Source of the DNA: Octopus bimaculoides
Lineage: Eukaryota
Length of the DNA stretch: 64,000 nucleotides
NCBI RefSeq assembly: GCF_001194135.2
Contig: NC_068988.1
Location: forward strand, 66,245,790-66,309,789
Direction of reading: 5' to 3'
Notes under the pieces: generated by a model
The model's input: the letters and a program-made list of their open reading frames with translations, nothing else
What the model was told of the DNA's origin: nothing
Databases searched by the model: none
Translations under genes and position numbers: made by a program
Part shown: one piece after another, positions 25,476 through 37,943 of the stretch
Numbering within the stretch: position 1 is the stretch's first letter
How the letters are laid out: the number at the start of each line of letters is the position of its first letter

Positions 25476-25702
25476 NNNNNNNNNNNNNNNNNNNNNNNNN
25501 NNNNNNNNNNNNNNNNNNNNNNNNNNNNNNNNNNNNNNNNNNNNNNNNNNNNNNNNNNNNNNNNNNNNNNNNNNNNNNNNNNNNNNNNNNNNNNNNNNNN
25601 NNNNNNNNNNNNNNNNNNNNNNNNNNNNNNNNNNNNNNNNNNNNNNNNNNNNNNNNNNNNNNNNNNNNNNNNNNNNNNNNNNNNNNNNNNNNNNNNNNNN
25701 NN

Positions 25703-25735
<33 letters not shown>

Positions 25736-25906
25736 CACATATATACGACGGGCTTCTTTCAGTTTCCGTCTACCAAATCCACTCACAAAGCTTTGGTCGG
25801 CCCGAGGCTATAGTAGAAGACACTTGCCGAAGGTGCCACGCAATGGGACTGAACCCGGAATTATGTGGTTCGTAAGCAAGCACTTCCCACACAGCCACTC
25901 CTACGT
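25241..25906 (-). mobile_element. SINE family B, full length with a gap in its internal microsatellite
   Basis: Both halves match the 29341-29757 copy; an N-gap at 25476-25702 lies inside the (TA)n. Confidence 0.9.
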
Positions 25907-28024
25907 CCTGTTCACATTAAACGCCTTCTGTTTTTACTTTTATTTTCTTCCTTATCACATCTTCCTCACTTTACCAAGTGTGTACCAACTGCTAGAATCC
26001 CACCAACAGCATATACATTAAAATGAAAATGAAATGTATAACTGAGTTCCACATAGTACTGAATATTTTAACGTAACAAACACTATTTAGGGCCAGGATG
26101 AATTTAAATGTATCACATTCTGATGATCACTTAGCAGACCAAACTTCGAAGTCACTTTCAATACTTTTTACAGAATAATCAATACAAAAATTATTGATTA
26201 ATCCTTTATTTTTATATTAAATTGCTTTTACTATAAATTTACATAAAAACTGTGAGTGCGGGTGTGTGTACGCGTGCGTACGTGTGTATGTGTTTGTGTG
26301 TGTGAATGTGTGTGTGCGTGTGTATATCCGTGAGGTGGGGGTGGGCTTTTGCGTGCGTGCGTTTTAACATCTGGTGGTGCCTTCTGCTTTTGCATAAGTG
26401 CTGCTATACTTATGGAGATGCTGCCTGCTTATACATATAAGTTATCTTAATCCTATTTAGGATCAATATAAAGCATATACGCAGTTCCATTCCTGAAAAA
26501 TGACATTTCCTTTGCTGAACTTTAGCAAGAGAAATGAAAATTATAGCATCACAACATCCAGATGTCATATGTATATTAGAGTAACAAACGTACATTTGTA
26601 TATAACCCTAAGAAACTATAAACGTTTCACATCCCACATTTGAAAACGTGTATTGCTGAACATAGTAACTGAAACTCTGCTGCAATTTTGAACTCCCGAA
26701 GACATCGGAGATCATTTATATTTGAAGTCATTGCGTACCTACAATATCCAATGTACCTTTTCCTCCATTTGATGAGCTACGATTTTAGAAAGAAATGATT
26801 ACTCTTTCTAGCGGATGGAGGGACAACCATGAGGTTTCCTCGTTGTGTTGAAATCATTTAGTTACTTATCCTTCCCGCCATTGTTCAGTCCCACCAATGA
26901 CTACTTTCTCTGTCAAACTTCCAACGTCTGTAAAATAGGGAATAGTTATATACGGAGATTCATTTGAGTATTTTCTATCTTACCCTTCTCCAAAATGTGT
27001 CACCTTTTCACGTTATTATTCTTATTGGAAACCAATGAACTGGAACTACTAAACTTTCACTTGAATTCCTAGACTTTCAAAGCATTCTGACTGGGAAGCC
27101 TAATATTGTTCTTGCAACTGATAAATCGCAATTCCTTATTAAGATTTCGTTGTAATTTCTATCACTGTTCGACAAAGAGGCATAAAAGTATTTGCTTAGT
27201 CGATAGGAACCTGACAAATGATCTGAAAGTCTACAAATTCTTTGCTTTGTTTTTTTTTATGTGTCGTTTTATTATCTGAGCATGTGTGTTTGTATGTATA
27301 CATGTAAATTTGTGTGAGAATATATGTGAATATATGTGAATATATGTTCGTGAATATATATGTGAGTGGACATATGTGTATCTGTGAGTGCGGGTGGGTG
27401 CAGGTGACCATGAAAATGTTCCCATAAGATAAGGAATTAGGCCAATACTCTTGTATTTTCTTTTGATACGCTTTCAATAATGATTTTCCCTTTAATAATT
27501 TCTGTGGTATAATAAAAGACGCTACTAAAAAGATGGTTTCGCTTTAATGCACAACTGTTATGAGTTGTTTTTATTCCACGCCATTGCAGTTCTATGTCTC
27601 TTTATTCCAATAACTTATTTCTGTTGAAATCACTTATGAATATCTTTGCATTTTTCGATTTGTTTTCTTCTTTTCGTGTCATACTTCTATCGACAAAGAA
27701 CCAATACCGTTTTCGTTTTTACTTTCCCAAATGTTTATCCAAAATATCTTCAATAGATAACAAATGTCAAATGAAATTGAAGCTATGACCGACCATAAAA
27801 ATATAAGTTGAGAACGACTGTAATGACGACAATAAAAACGTTGTGTCTTTTCATTTATATGTTGGCGATGTGCTCTGTTGTCGGATTTTCTCTATTCAGT
27901 AATTTGTATTGCCAAGAATTCAGTGTATTCTATTGCTCATTGGTTAATATATTTATAAATAGCGTATCTGTCTTTCAATAGGATATCTATATTTTCTATT
28001 GCCTACTTTTATCTTCTCTCCGCA

Positions 28025-28077
<53 letters not shown>

Positions 28078-29340
28078 AAATTATGTATATTTATATAAAG
28101 TATGAGCGTGCATCTGTATACATACACACACACACGCACCCACACACACACGCACACACACACACATACATATATGCAGTGGCCTTCATTGTATATCCTT
28201 ACTTTAAGATAATTTTTCTCCATCTTTCCTAATTGCTTTCTTTTTCTCCTAACCTGTGTCACTCACGCACACGCACACTCTCTTACTCTCACACACACAC
28301 TCTCTCTCCCTATCTCTCTCTCCCTATCTCTCTCTCCCCCTCTCTCTCCCCCTCTCTCTCTCCCTCTCTCTCCCCCTTNNNNNNNNNNNNNNNNNNNNNN
28401 NNNNNNNNNNNNNNNNNNNNNNNNNNNNNNNNCTCTCTCTCCCTATCTCTCTCTCCCCCTCTCTCTCTCCCTCTCTCCCCCTTCTCTCTCTCTCTCCCCC
28501 CTGTCTCTCTTTCCCTCTCTCTCTCTCTTTCCCCCTCTCTCTCTCTCCCTCTCTCTCAACTCACCTCTATCTTCCTAATATATGATGTGAATATTGAAAA
28601 ATCATTCCACCTATATTACAAAGGCTCGATGATCGAATATAGGCGAAATGTTTTCACTAGTACAATTAATGTTAAGTCGTCGAAATTGGCAGAAGCAGCG
28701 TCTGAAAAATATCTCTCTGCATTTCTTCTTGTTCTTTCCCATCTAATTTCAAATCTCACCCAGATCAACTTCGCCTTGTGTTCTTTTGGGGTCGTTAAAA
28801 TAAAGCAGCAATCCAGTACCGGGTGCGATAATATCAACTAACGCACCAAACTTACTGAACTTCTGTCTCGATTAGAAACAATCATTCCCATTAATATTGG
28901 TAGCTTTTAATTGAATTCTGTTCAATGAATTGTAAGAGAAGTGTTGAAGTATTTATGTTATATTCATTGATCAGTTTCCATAAATTATCAATCAGTATTT
29001 TGTTCAAATTTTTCGAGGGATGTGTTAGCAATACGTCTCAGACAAAACGAAGTTACGACAATTTATGTTGAGTTGGTTAACAACATGTGTCAGTTAAAAG
29101 TAAGTTACAACGTAATTTGCAATGAATGCAGGAGCAATAGGTTTTAACTGGAACTTATGACATGATGTAAAATGATTATGGTAGTAGATGAGTATAAGGA
29201 AGTTTCATTGACTTTTTAATTCATTCCATTTATTTTATGTCACATTGTTGATAAGTACATGTGTACCACTACATCTCGTTATATCATTTATAAAAATCAG
29301 AGATTTTGCCATGTATACACTCATCACACTTGGAATAATA

Positions 29341-29757
29341 CTCTTTTACTCTTTTACTCTTTTACTTGTTTCAGTCCTTCGACTGTGGCCATGCTGGAGC
29401 ACCGCCTTTAGTCGAGCAAATCGACCCCAGGGCTTATTCTTTGGAAGCCTAGTACTTATTCTTTCGGTCTCTTTTGCCGAACCGCTATGTTACGGGGACG
29501 TAAACACACCAGCATCGGTTGTCAAGCGATGTTCGGGGGACAAACACAGACATACAAACACATACACACATACATATATATATATACATATATACGACAG
29601 GCTTCTTTCAGTTTCCGTCTACCAAATCCACTCACAAGGCATTGGTCGGCCCGAGGCTATAGTAGAAGGCACTTGCCCAAGATGCCACGCAGTGGGACTG
29701 AACCCGGGACCATGTGGTTTGTAAGCAAGCTACTTACCACACAGCCACTCCTACGCC
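29341..29757 (-). mobile_element. SINE family B, full length
   Basis: Minus strand: ggcgtaggagtggctgtgtggtaagtagc head, ccgggttcagtcccactgcgtggcatcttgggcaagtg, short internal TA/TG tract, and a (GAGTAAAA)n-type tail. Confidence 0.9.
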
Positions 29758-31522
29758 TATATGGTCAAATATTATTCAAGTCACACCTACAATCAATATC
29801 AAAATGCAGACTCATATTGGTACAAATCTAGATGACCCTAATGACCCTAACGATGGCGAATATGTAAATCAGAAACCTATACGTTTGATTAACCTGTGTA
29901 ACACGATTTTTGTTCTAGGGTAGCGATTGCTATTTCTTATTTGCTTACTCCTAGAAAGTATGAAAAATAGCTAATATTTCCTTCAAAATTTGCTTTTGTT
30001 ACATTTATTCAATCCCAAAGAATCCCTCTCAATACATGACTATGATGCTCCTCCACTACTCAAACTCATGATGAGAGATGCACATATTGTCAGCCACTTA
30101 GGGACATGCTCATGTGATTAAGGTCAAGCAACTGGTATCAGATCTGTACTATTGAGCAGAATATTTGCAATAACAATATTTCTGCTTCATCACCTCAATG
30201 CTGAATCAGTCTGAAATATAATGTAATACAGGTCACTTTCAAGACAATAATATCTGGGTCTGAAAAGCAAAGCTTGAAGGGAATAAGTCATTTCCTTTGA
30301 TTTCTAGATAGAGGCAAATATGAAATAACACTTACTGACCAAAGACAAAAAAAAAGTTACACAGTGTTATAGCTCTCCTCGAACAAGACAGACCAGGTGC
30401 TAAAAGCAAAGGTAAAATATGATCTTTCCTGTTAATCAGCTGCATTTGCAATTACTCGAGATGACGTAAATGAGATTACTGGGCATTTTAATCTATGCAG
30501 AATCAGACGTAAGCTCCTGTTTGTGTGAACTGTGCATCGCTTTCTTCGTTCACAGCCAAATCCAGATTCACTCCATTTCAATATTTTTTGGGTAGCTTAA
30601 AGCAAAGAGACAGCCTACAACTTGTGAATATTGAACATTCTGTTTTATTATAAGTTAATGCACTTTTTATTATAGTTATTTCAGTTGTTATAAATATATT
30701 TAAAGCTTGACACATCAAAAAGCTATAATCATGCGATGAAAAAAAAGAAACAATTTAATTTTTTTGGCAGATACAAAACACAACTTCAAACATGCTTTTA
30801 TAGTATTGTGGCTTCATCAGCTAAACACAGGCCTCACTTTACATGTAAAATTATCAAATATATATACAATTTTACACACTTGTTGGCACAGAAATTTAGA
30901 ATTGATTGCAGAATTCATAAGTCCTTCGACTGTTCAATCAGTATCTAATGCCATTTCGTTACCCAAACATGCATTATGAAATGAGAATCCCAGACAGTAT
31001 CAAAATCATATTCTAACATATATTCTCTCCTTTAAATTTATATATATATATATATATAATTATTGTAATTATAGAGAATGTTATGCAGAAGTTGTTTAAT
31101 TATTTATTTTGAATACTTAAGCAATTTGAGACAAGAATTACAGGAGAGAGTGTTTAAAATTATTGCAGGAAACAATTATCATGACAATGTGTCGAATTTG
31201 TGTATTAATGATTTAGCATAGAGGCAAAGAGTTTAAAATCTGTCAGCATTAAATCAGACACAGATTGTATTGAACAGAACATATTATAGTTGATAGCAAA
31301 TAAATTGGTGATTAAATTACACCATATAATGTTTATTAAATTGTTGTTCCAATAGATAATTTACGAATTGATTTTGTACAGATTTACATGAAATTTAACT
31401 CACACATTCCACTAGTTAGTGAACGACCCCCTATACGGTTATTCTACCTCCAGTAACTAGCAGCCAGACACCCATCATGTCAAACCCTAATGTCTTACAA
31501 TGTGAAAGAAAATAACATATGC

Positions 31523-31666
31523 TGTACATTATTTACATTTGACAGATATTTGTCTTCATCTTGTTTGTTGTTAACACAACGTTTCGGCTAATATACCCTC
31601 TAGCCTTCATCAGGTGGCTTGGGGGAAATTTCGAACCTGGGTTCCCTTTCGTAAGGTATTTTTCGA

Positions 31667-31729
<63 letters not shown>

Positions 31730-31746
31730 CATCGTCATCATCATCA

Positions 31747-31792
<46 letters not shown>

Positions 31793-31832
31793 CGGACTCG
31801 GAATCTTGGGGTCAGTAGCCCGCGCTCTTAAC
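31523..31832 (-). mobile_element. Short element with a tRNA-like head remnant, an (AAT)n/(GAT)n tract and a hammerhead ribozyme
   Basis: Minus strand reads GTTAAGAGCGCGGGCTACTGACCCCAAGATTCCGAGT (tRNA-like D-arm 3' half, anticodon arm and T-arm start). Then come a trinucleotide tract, a unique segment, the hammerhead core (31573-31620) and the tail aatgtaaataatgtaca. Confidence 0.65.
31573..31620 (-). ncRNA. Minimal type I hammerhead ribozyme motif
   Basis: Minus strand: aagccac CTGATGA a GGCTA-gagggtatat-TAGCC GAAA C GTT gtgtt. Perfect 5-bp stem II, palindromic AACGTT stem III, CAC/GTG stem I, and a GUU cleavage triplet (cut after 31578). Confidence 0.7.
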
Positions 31833-31875
31833 CCCAAGATTTCGAGTTCGATTCCAGGCAGTGACCCATATGAGT

Positions 31876-32106
31876 TATTTCTTTACTACCCACAAGGGGC
31901 TACACACAGAGGGGACAAACAAAGACAAACCAACGGATTAAGTCGATTATATCGACCCCAATGTGTAACTGGTACTTATTTAATCGACCCCGAAAGGATG
32001 AAAGGCAAAGTCGACCTCGGCGGAATTTGAACTCAGAACGTAGCGGCAGACGAAATACCGCTAAACATTTCGCCCGGCGTGCTAAAGTTTCTGCCAGCTC
32101 GCCGCC
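31876..32106 (-). mobile_element. SINE family A, full length with an alternative 3' tail
   Basis: Reverse complement of the family A head and central domain. The 3' part is ccgttggtttgtctttgtttgtcccctctgtgtgtagccccttgtgggtagtaaagaaata instead of the ggccttgtgccaaaatttg tail. Confidence 0.9.
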
Positions 32107-32264
32107 ATATGAGTGAACCAGTGTGCATGTCAGTGTGTGTGTGAGTGTGAGTGTGAGTGTGAGTGTGAGTGGGTGTGTCAATGTCAGTGCGTGTGCATTA
32201 TTTCACTTAATTTCTTCTAATATCGTTTGCCACATACGTATAGTATTTGGATAATCTATCAAAT

Positions 32265-32400
32265 CTATCGAGGTTGATATTGTCCTTCATCCTTTCGGAG
32301 TCGATAAAATAAGTAACAGTTGAATACTGGGGCTCGATGTAATCGACTTACCCGCTCCTCCGAAACTGTTGGCGTTGTGCCAAAATTTGAAATCATTATT
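32265..32400 (+). mobile_element. SINE family A, 5'-truncated
   Basis: gaggttgatattgtccttcatcctttcggagtcgataaaataag...gtgccaaaatttgaaatc. Confidence 0.8.
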
Positions 32401-32540
32401 TGGATAATCTTATGCATGTCTCTGACGTGACGCTGACAATAAACAGCAATAGTATTTATTAATTTTCACAAAGATAAAATAAAAATTCTGTATTTATTAA
32501 TTTCAAAAGGCGAATACTTATTTTTTTCTATTTTCTTTAG

Positions 32541-32676
32541 GTAAACAGCTTTGTTGGAGCATTCCACGACGCGGTGATACTTTATGCTAAAGCTTTAAAC
32601 GAAACTTTGGAAGCCAATGGATCGATCAGTGACGGAAAGGCTATTACAGAGCGCATGTGGAATCGAACATTCGAAG
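32541..32676 (+). CDS. NPR1: Internal exon of a natriuretic peptide receptor-like receptor (receptor guanylyl cyclase family), extracellular domain
   Basis: Polypyrimidine tract and ttttctttag acceptor; 136-nt exon reading VNSFVGAFHDAVILYAKALNETLEANGSISDGKAITERMWNRTFE-G; donor gaag|gtaaat (phase 1). Resembles the vertebrate NPR1/NPR2 segment ASFHDGLLLY...ITQRMWNRSFQG and has N-glycosylation sequons NET, NGS, NRT. The symbol denotes the family; one-to-one orthology is not established. Confidence 0.92.
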
Positions 32677-33491
32677 GTAAATAAGACTTACACTATATCT
32701 CAAATTGTGTTTAATTGTTAGTGTTAGTGTCATTGTTCTTGTCGTTGTCGTTGCTGTTGTTCCAGGTCAGCTTTGGTCAACGGGAATGATAGTTAAAACA
32801 GCACTCCTCAAGAAGACCGAATCTTTTATACACATCATTTCACTTGAACCAAATTAGCTGATATGTCACTTTTAAAGACAACATAGTGTGTCAAGAAAGA
32901 ATTCGTTACTATTTATTAAATTACGACCGACCATGTAGAAATGTTCATCTAAGCTTGATGTACATAACTGATTCTTTTAATTCAAGCCAATCTAATAAAA
33001 GGCGTTTGTAGATTTTCAAGAGAAAGAAATTTGTACGGTTCATTATTTCATTGAGAACTGGTATCATATAAACTGATACCATATAAAGTTTTAACCAATA
33101 TTGTATAAGAAACTTTTTTTAATTTCCTGAAGTCAAACATTTGGTAGGACTTATATAAGTGTTTCAAAACGTTATTTCCAAGCATCCTTAATACATAAAC
33201 TGTAGTTGGTAATTAATTCTAAACCATTTTTCTGGATTATCGTATTTTGGAATCGTACTATTTAGTTGCTTTTTAACAGTGGAGTAGATTGAAATCTTCA
33301 AATTTACGTCATCATGCCGATTGCCTTTGCTGAATCTCATTGTCCTCGTATTTTCACATTTGGATAAATCAATAAAAGCTACAAAGAATAATACAGGCAT
33401 CCAGAAAATCTGATGCCATACACGCAATAGTCAGTAATTGGGGAAAATGTTGTGGTTGTCATAACTCCTAAAAATACAAGACAAACTTAGG

Positions 33492-33892
33492 GGTTGCTGT
33501 TTTGTAAGAAGCTTGCTTCCCAACTACATGGCTCCGGGTTCAGCCCCACCACCCACCCTACGTGGCATCTTTCGCAGGTGTCTTCTACTATAGCCTCGGG
33601 CCGACCAAAGCCTTCTGAGTGGATTTAGTTGACAGAAACTCAAAGAAGCTCGTTATATATATGTATATATATGTCAATGTGCGTCTGTTTTTTGTCTGCA
33701 TTTGTACCTACCACCACCAACAACAACAACAACAACAACCGGAGCTGATATGTTTATGTCAGCTTAGCGGTTCGGCAAAAGGAACCGATAGAATAAATAC
33801 CAGACTTTAACAAAAAAATAAGTATTGGGACCAATAGATTCGACGAAGATTTCTTCAAGGCGGTGCCCCGCAGTCTGATGACTGAGACAAGT
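33492..33892 (+). mobile_element. SINE family B, divergent
   Basis: gtaagaagcttgcttcccaac...ccgggttcagcccc...tcttctactatagcctcgggccgaccaaagcc...cttagcggttcggcaaaagg...aaggcggtgcccc. Confidence 0.85.
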
Positions 33893-35065
33893 TAGAAAAA
33901 ATTATTCTAGCCGCGCCAAAGATGTCTGGTGCTCATTTTAGGTCAGTTGATTTGATTTATATTTATAGTTCGTATTTGCCGTACGTACTCTCTGTTCCGT
34001 TCTTCTCTAATTGGCTTGTATTGTCTAACAGAGTCAGAGTTTAATGAATTCAAAGAGGAGAATGTATCAGTCCATGACCGCAGAACAGAGACAACACAGA
34101 TATACAAACTGTATAATCGGGTGAGAGTGATAGAAGTATCAGCAGTAAGATATTTGCAACATTGACAAGGGATGGCCGTGACTATGTAGTTTGGATAAAA
34201 TATGCGTTCTTTTTGACTTTGGACGCATCTGTTTTTCTGTAATTTTGTCGTCGGTGTGTCATTTGTCCCCATATGAGGCCATGTGAGTTGACTTGCATAA
34301 TTTACAATGAATGATTTTATATGAAGATTTTCGTTTGAGGTCTTCGAGTGACTCTTCGCGGCTTAGTGAGAAATCAATAATACAAAAATGTTGAAATCTC
34401 ACCACTCACAAACCGCCATTCAATACTAGAACTTACACAACTGAATATTATCTCCATCCTTACATCTACTTAAAATATTTATTTACCATTGAAAGAATGT
34501 TTACTTTTTTTTCTTTTTAGCTGTTATCTTTTTTTATAGTTGATGCAAAAATTCTATATTTTAGAGACGAGGAAAATAGAGATTAGATTTGTGTTAACTT
34601 TTTGAAAATCAATACAATCGTACGTGTAATGAAATCACTTACTTCCAGAATTGAAACTACGACTCAGTCTAGAACTGCTGGTAATTTACATCTTACGCCC
34701 ACGTTAATCTTGCTATTTGTCACTCGTAAGACATAAAAAATTAGTCATGAATCTCATCATTTTCCTATCCACGTCACATTGAACGAGGTAGTAAAAATGT
34801 TAACGACAGACCACAGTTTTTTTCAGTCTTATTTCACATCCACGCGCACACACACAAATGCACATGCACACACACTCACACACATACGTACACATACACA
34901 CACATGCACACAGACACATAAAAAACATATATCCATGTACATAATGCATAGAGACAAAATTAAAGTTATTCCACACACTGCAATATCGTGTTTGTTTCAG
35001 TTTGAATTCGATATAGACACCTCCATTCACACTTTATCTAGCTATTAATTACTAATATCTCATAG

Positions 35066-35498
35066 TGGAGGTGCAATGGCGCAGTGGTTAGGGCAGTTGA
35101 CTCGCGATCATAGGATCGCGGTTTCGATTTCCAGACCGGGCGTTGGGAGTGTTTATTGAGCGAAAAACACCTAAAAGCTCCACGAGGCTNNNNNNNNNNA
35201 AAAACACCTAAAAGCTCCACGAGGCTCCGGCAGGGGATTGTGGCGAACCCTGCTGTACTCTTCCACCACAACTTTTTCTCACTCTTACTTCCTGTTTCTG
35301 TTGTGCCTGGTATTCAAAGGGTCAGCCTTGTCACACTGTGCCACGCTGAATATCCCCGAGAACTACATTAAGGGTACACGTGTCTGTGGTGTGTTCAGCC
35401 ACTTGCGCGTTAATTTCACGAGCAGGCTGTTCTGTTGATCGGATCAACTGGAACCCTCGACGTCGTAAGCGACGGAGTGCCAACAACAACAACAACAA
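35066..35498 (+). mobile_element. SINE family C, full length
   Basis: A-box tggcgcagtgg, B-box gtttcgatttcc, body, and tail gagtgccaacaacaacaacaacaa. Confidence 0.9.
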
Positions 35499-35922
35499 TA
35501 TCTAATTGTGAAGGCAGTGAGGACGTTGCACTCACAAGACCGCAAGATCGCAGTTTCGAATCCCGGACAGAAATGTACATCGTGTGATTAAACAAAAATT
35601 TCATTTTACTTCACTCTGAGATCACTTCGACATCTGACGCATGGTACACTGTGCACTTGCGCAAGCAATGTCTATCTTATGAAGAGAGTGAGCCTGTATA
35701 CAGCACAAACATATGATCACTGTAAACACTGCCGTCTACGAAAAGAGAGATCATGAATATCAAATAGATCAGAAGAAAAGGAAATAATAAATGTGACTTT
35801 CAGGAATTTTTCCTTTGCAAAAGTTGTATAGATGAAGTATAATATATTCAAAAAGAGATCTTATATCTTCTAGTCTCCGAGTGTTTTGAAAATGAAATCG
35901 GTCTTGTTTTCAACTTGAATGC

Positions 35923-36030
35923 GATATTCAAGTTATTGTTGCTTATATTGTGATATTCAAGTTATTGTTATTTATAATGTGATATTCAAGTTATTGTTGT
36001 TCATAATGTGATATTCAAGTTATTGTTGTT
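35923..36030. repeat. 29-bp minisatellite, about 3.7 copies
   Basis: Unit gatattcaagttattgttgcttatattgt starts at 35923, 35952, 35981 and 36010, with 2-3 substitutions per unit. Confidence 0.9.
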
Positions 36031-37249
36031 TATTCCTAAGTCAGCCGATGTCTGACAGATCTATAACCACATCACGTCCCAATTGTGGACATGATGCCTG
36101 ATATTTTAGATTTAATAAATGTCAGGTTTTCTACTCCTTCGAGCTTTAAGACGGAGTTTGTTGCTCTAACAGGTCAACCGCTGTCATTGAGGCCCGTTCA
36201 TTTGGGTTGTAAAGACAGGGCATCGTTGTAGTTGATGTTTCTGTTGAGGATATTCCTTTGATCACACATACATTCTCATATACACAACAGACAGACTATA
36301 TGAGCGCATGTGTATGTATGTGTGCATGTATATATTAGTACATATATGTGCGTGTGTTTATCTCTATCAAAATATCTCTATCTAACTCAATCTGTCTGTC
36401 TGTCTATCCAGTTATTTGTGTGTGTGTGTGTGTGTATTTGTGTGTGTGTGTGTGTGTTTACTTGTACATATAGCTCACTAAACACTTCAACGAACAACAC
36501 ATCAACATATTATTAATGTTTCCAGGTTGGTCTGACCTTAGCTGAACTTAATCATATTGTCATCATTATTTTTCTTTTTGCCTCATCATTCAGAGTTTAA
36601 TATGTTAGTGCATAATTAAATGGTCATCACAAACTTACTGACAAAAGTAGATTCTGCGATCCGGTTTCCAATCTTCGTTAAAGACAGCTTTCTTCTTAAA
36701 TAATGAACTACTGCTGACAGCATTTGATACATTTTAGTTTTAGTTATTAATTTTTATACATGTATGCAACTTCTTTGCCAATACAGATTAGTTATCTTCT
36801 ACTCTGGTATCACAAACCTATATTATGACTTGAAGGACATTAGAAATGTATGCAGTTTAGGTCATCCTACAGTCATTGGCATTATAAATCAAGTGGAAGT
36901 TGAAAACTTCAGGAGTTTAGTACATGCCAAACTACTGAATAAATTATTGCATTTTAACGAGGTAGAAGTTGTCTTTCTTCGTAGACATGAGTGTGCTTTG
37001 AAGTTCATACATTTTCGAAAAGTATTCTCAGATTAAATTAGGATGATTTCAATCGGAATTGGAGAGCTGTCTTAATTCTCTTTCGCAGGAGTCTTACATG
37101 CTGTTATACGTCACTTACCATCAAAACATTACAAAATTGTATTTAATTATAGATATACTTTCAGTAAAGATAAAATCTAATTATTGAGTTTCTTTGAATG
37201 CGAAAGCCATGCGAATATATATTTGCTGTGACGTTTTCGCTGTTTCCAC

Positions 37250-37943
37250 ATTCATTCATTTTTTAAAGATGATACATTTGAAGACTGCGGAATAGATGAT
37301 AATCAAATGGGGCAATGTCCGGTGAATATAGTGAGTGGGGCATCGTTTCCTAATCCAGCCTTTGTAAAGTCGTCCTCACTGTATGTAGCCGATCATTATC
37401 CTGATGGAAGAAACCTTTCGTCTCAAAACCAAAGATGGTCGATTTTTCCTTGTGCTGACTTGAATGACAAGTTGAATGACCAAATCCAAGCTTCTCTGCT
37501 CAACACTTACGATGGGATTTTGTTCCCCCAGGGTTTGCAGGACGTCCTTGTTGTGCTCTACAGATCTTCCAGGACGAGGATCATCTTTTAGGTACTAGTT
37601 CCGGTTCGGAATTTCTGGAACTGCCCTTGACACTGGCTTAACTTATTGTCCGATCCTCATAAACCGCATTGATATTCCTCGCACTTTCTGTTGCATGCTG
37701 TTGCCTTTATTGAACTAATAAAGCAAAATATGACGAATATGTTCCTTTGTCACTTCCATTATAGCTTGGAAAAAATAACTGTTAAAATCGAACTGCACTT
37801 TACAAAACTTTCACTAAGAATGAGGACAAGGTAAAATTACTACCTGCTTGTATAGCAAGCTGATGCAGGTAGTTTATCCTACACGCCACCGACATTTAGT
37901 TCATGCAATTGAAAAAAACCGCATTATTTATGGGATGACCCTA
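37250..37943 (-). mobile_element. Tc1/mariner transposon remnant, internally deleted
   Basis: Minus strand: ATG at 37759 starts MEVTKEHIRHILLY*FNKG, followed by ATESARNINAVY, FQKFRTG and DDPRPGRS. It then jumps to FHQDNDRLHTVRTTLQRLD*ETMPHSLYSPDIAPFDYHLFRSLQ (37278-37409; mariner HQDN and YSPDLAPSD motifs). A TIR-like tagggtcatcccataaataatgcgg ends at about 37943, next to a TA run. Confidence 0.85.

Noticed and set aside
35923-36030. CRISPR-like periodicity (29 bp)
   Set aside because: The units are contiguous with no unique spacers, there are no cas genes, and the context is a eukaryotic intron.
36860-37100. Possible extra transposase-like coding fragment on the minus strand
   Set aside because: It has many stops and only vague similarity (KKDNFY), which I cannot support without a database search.
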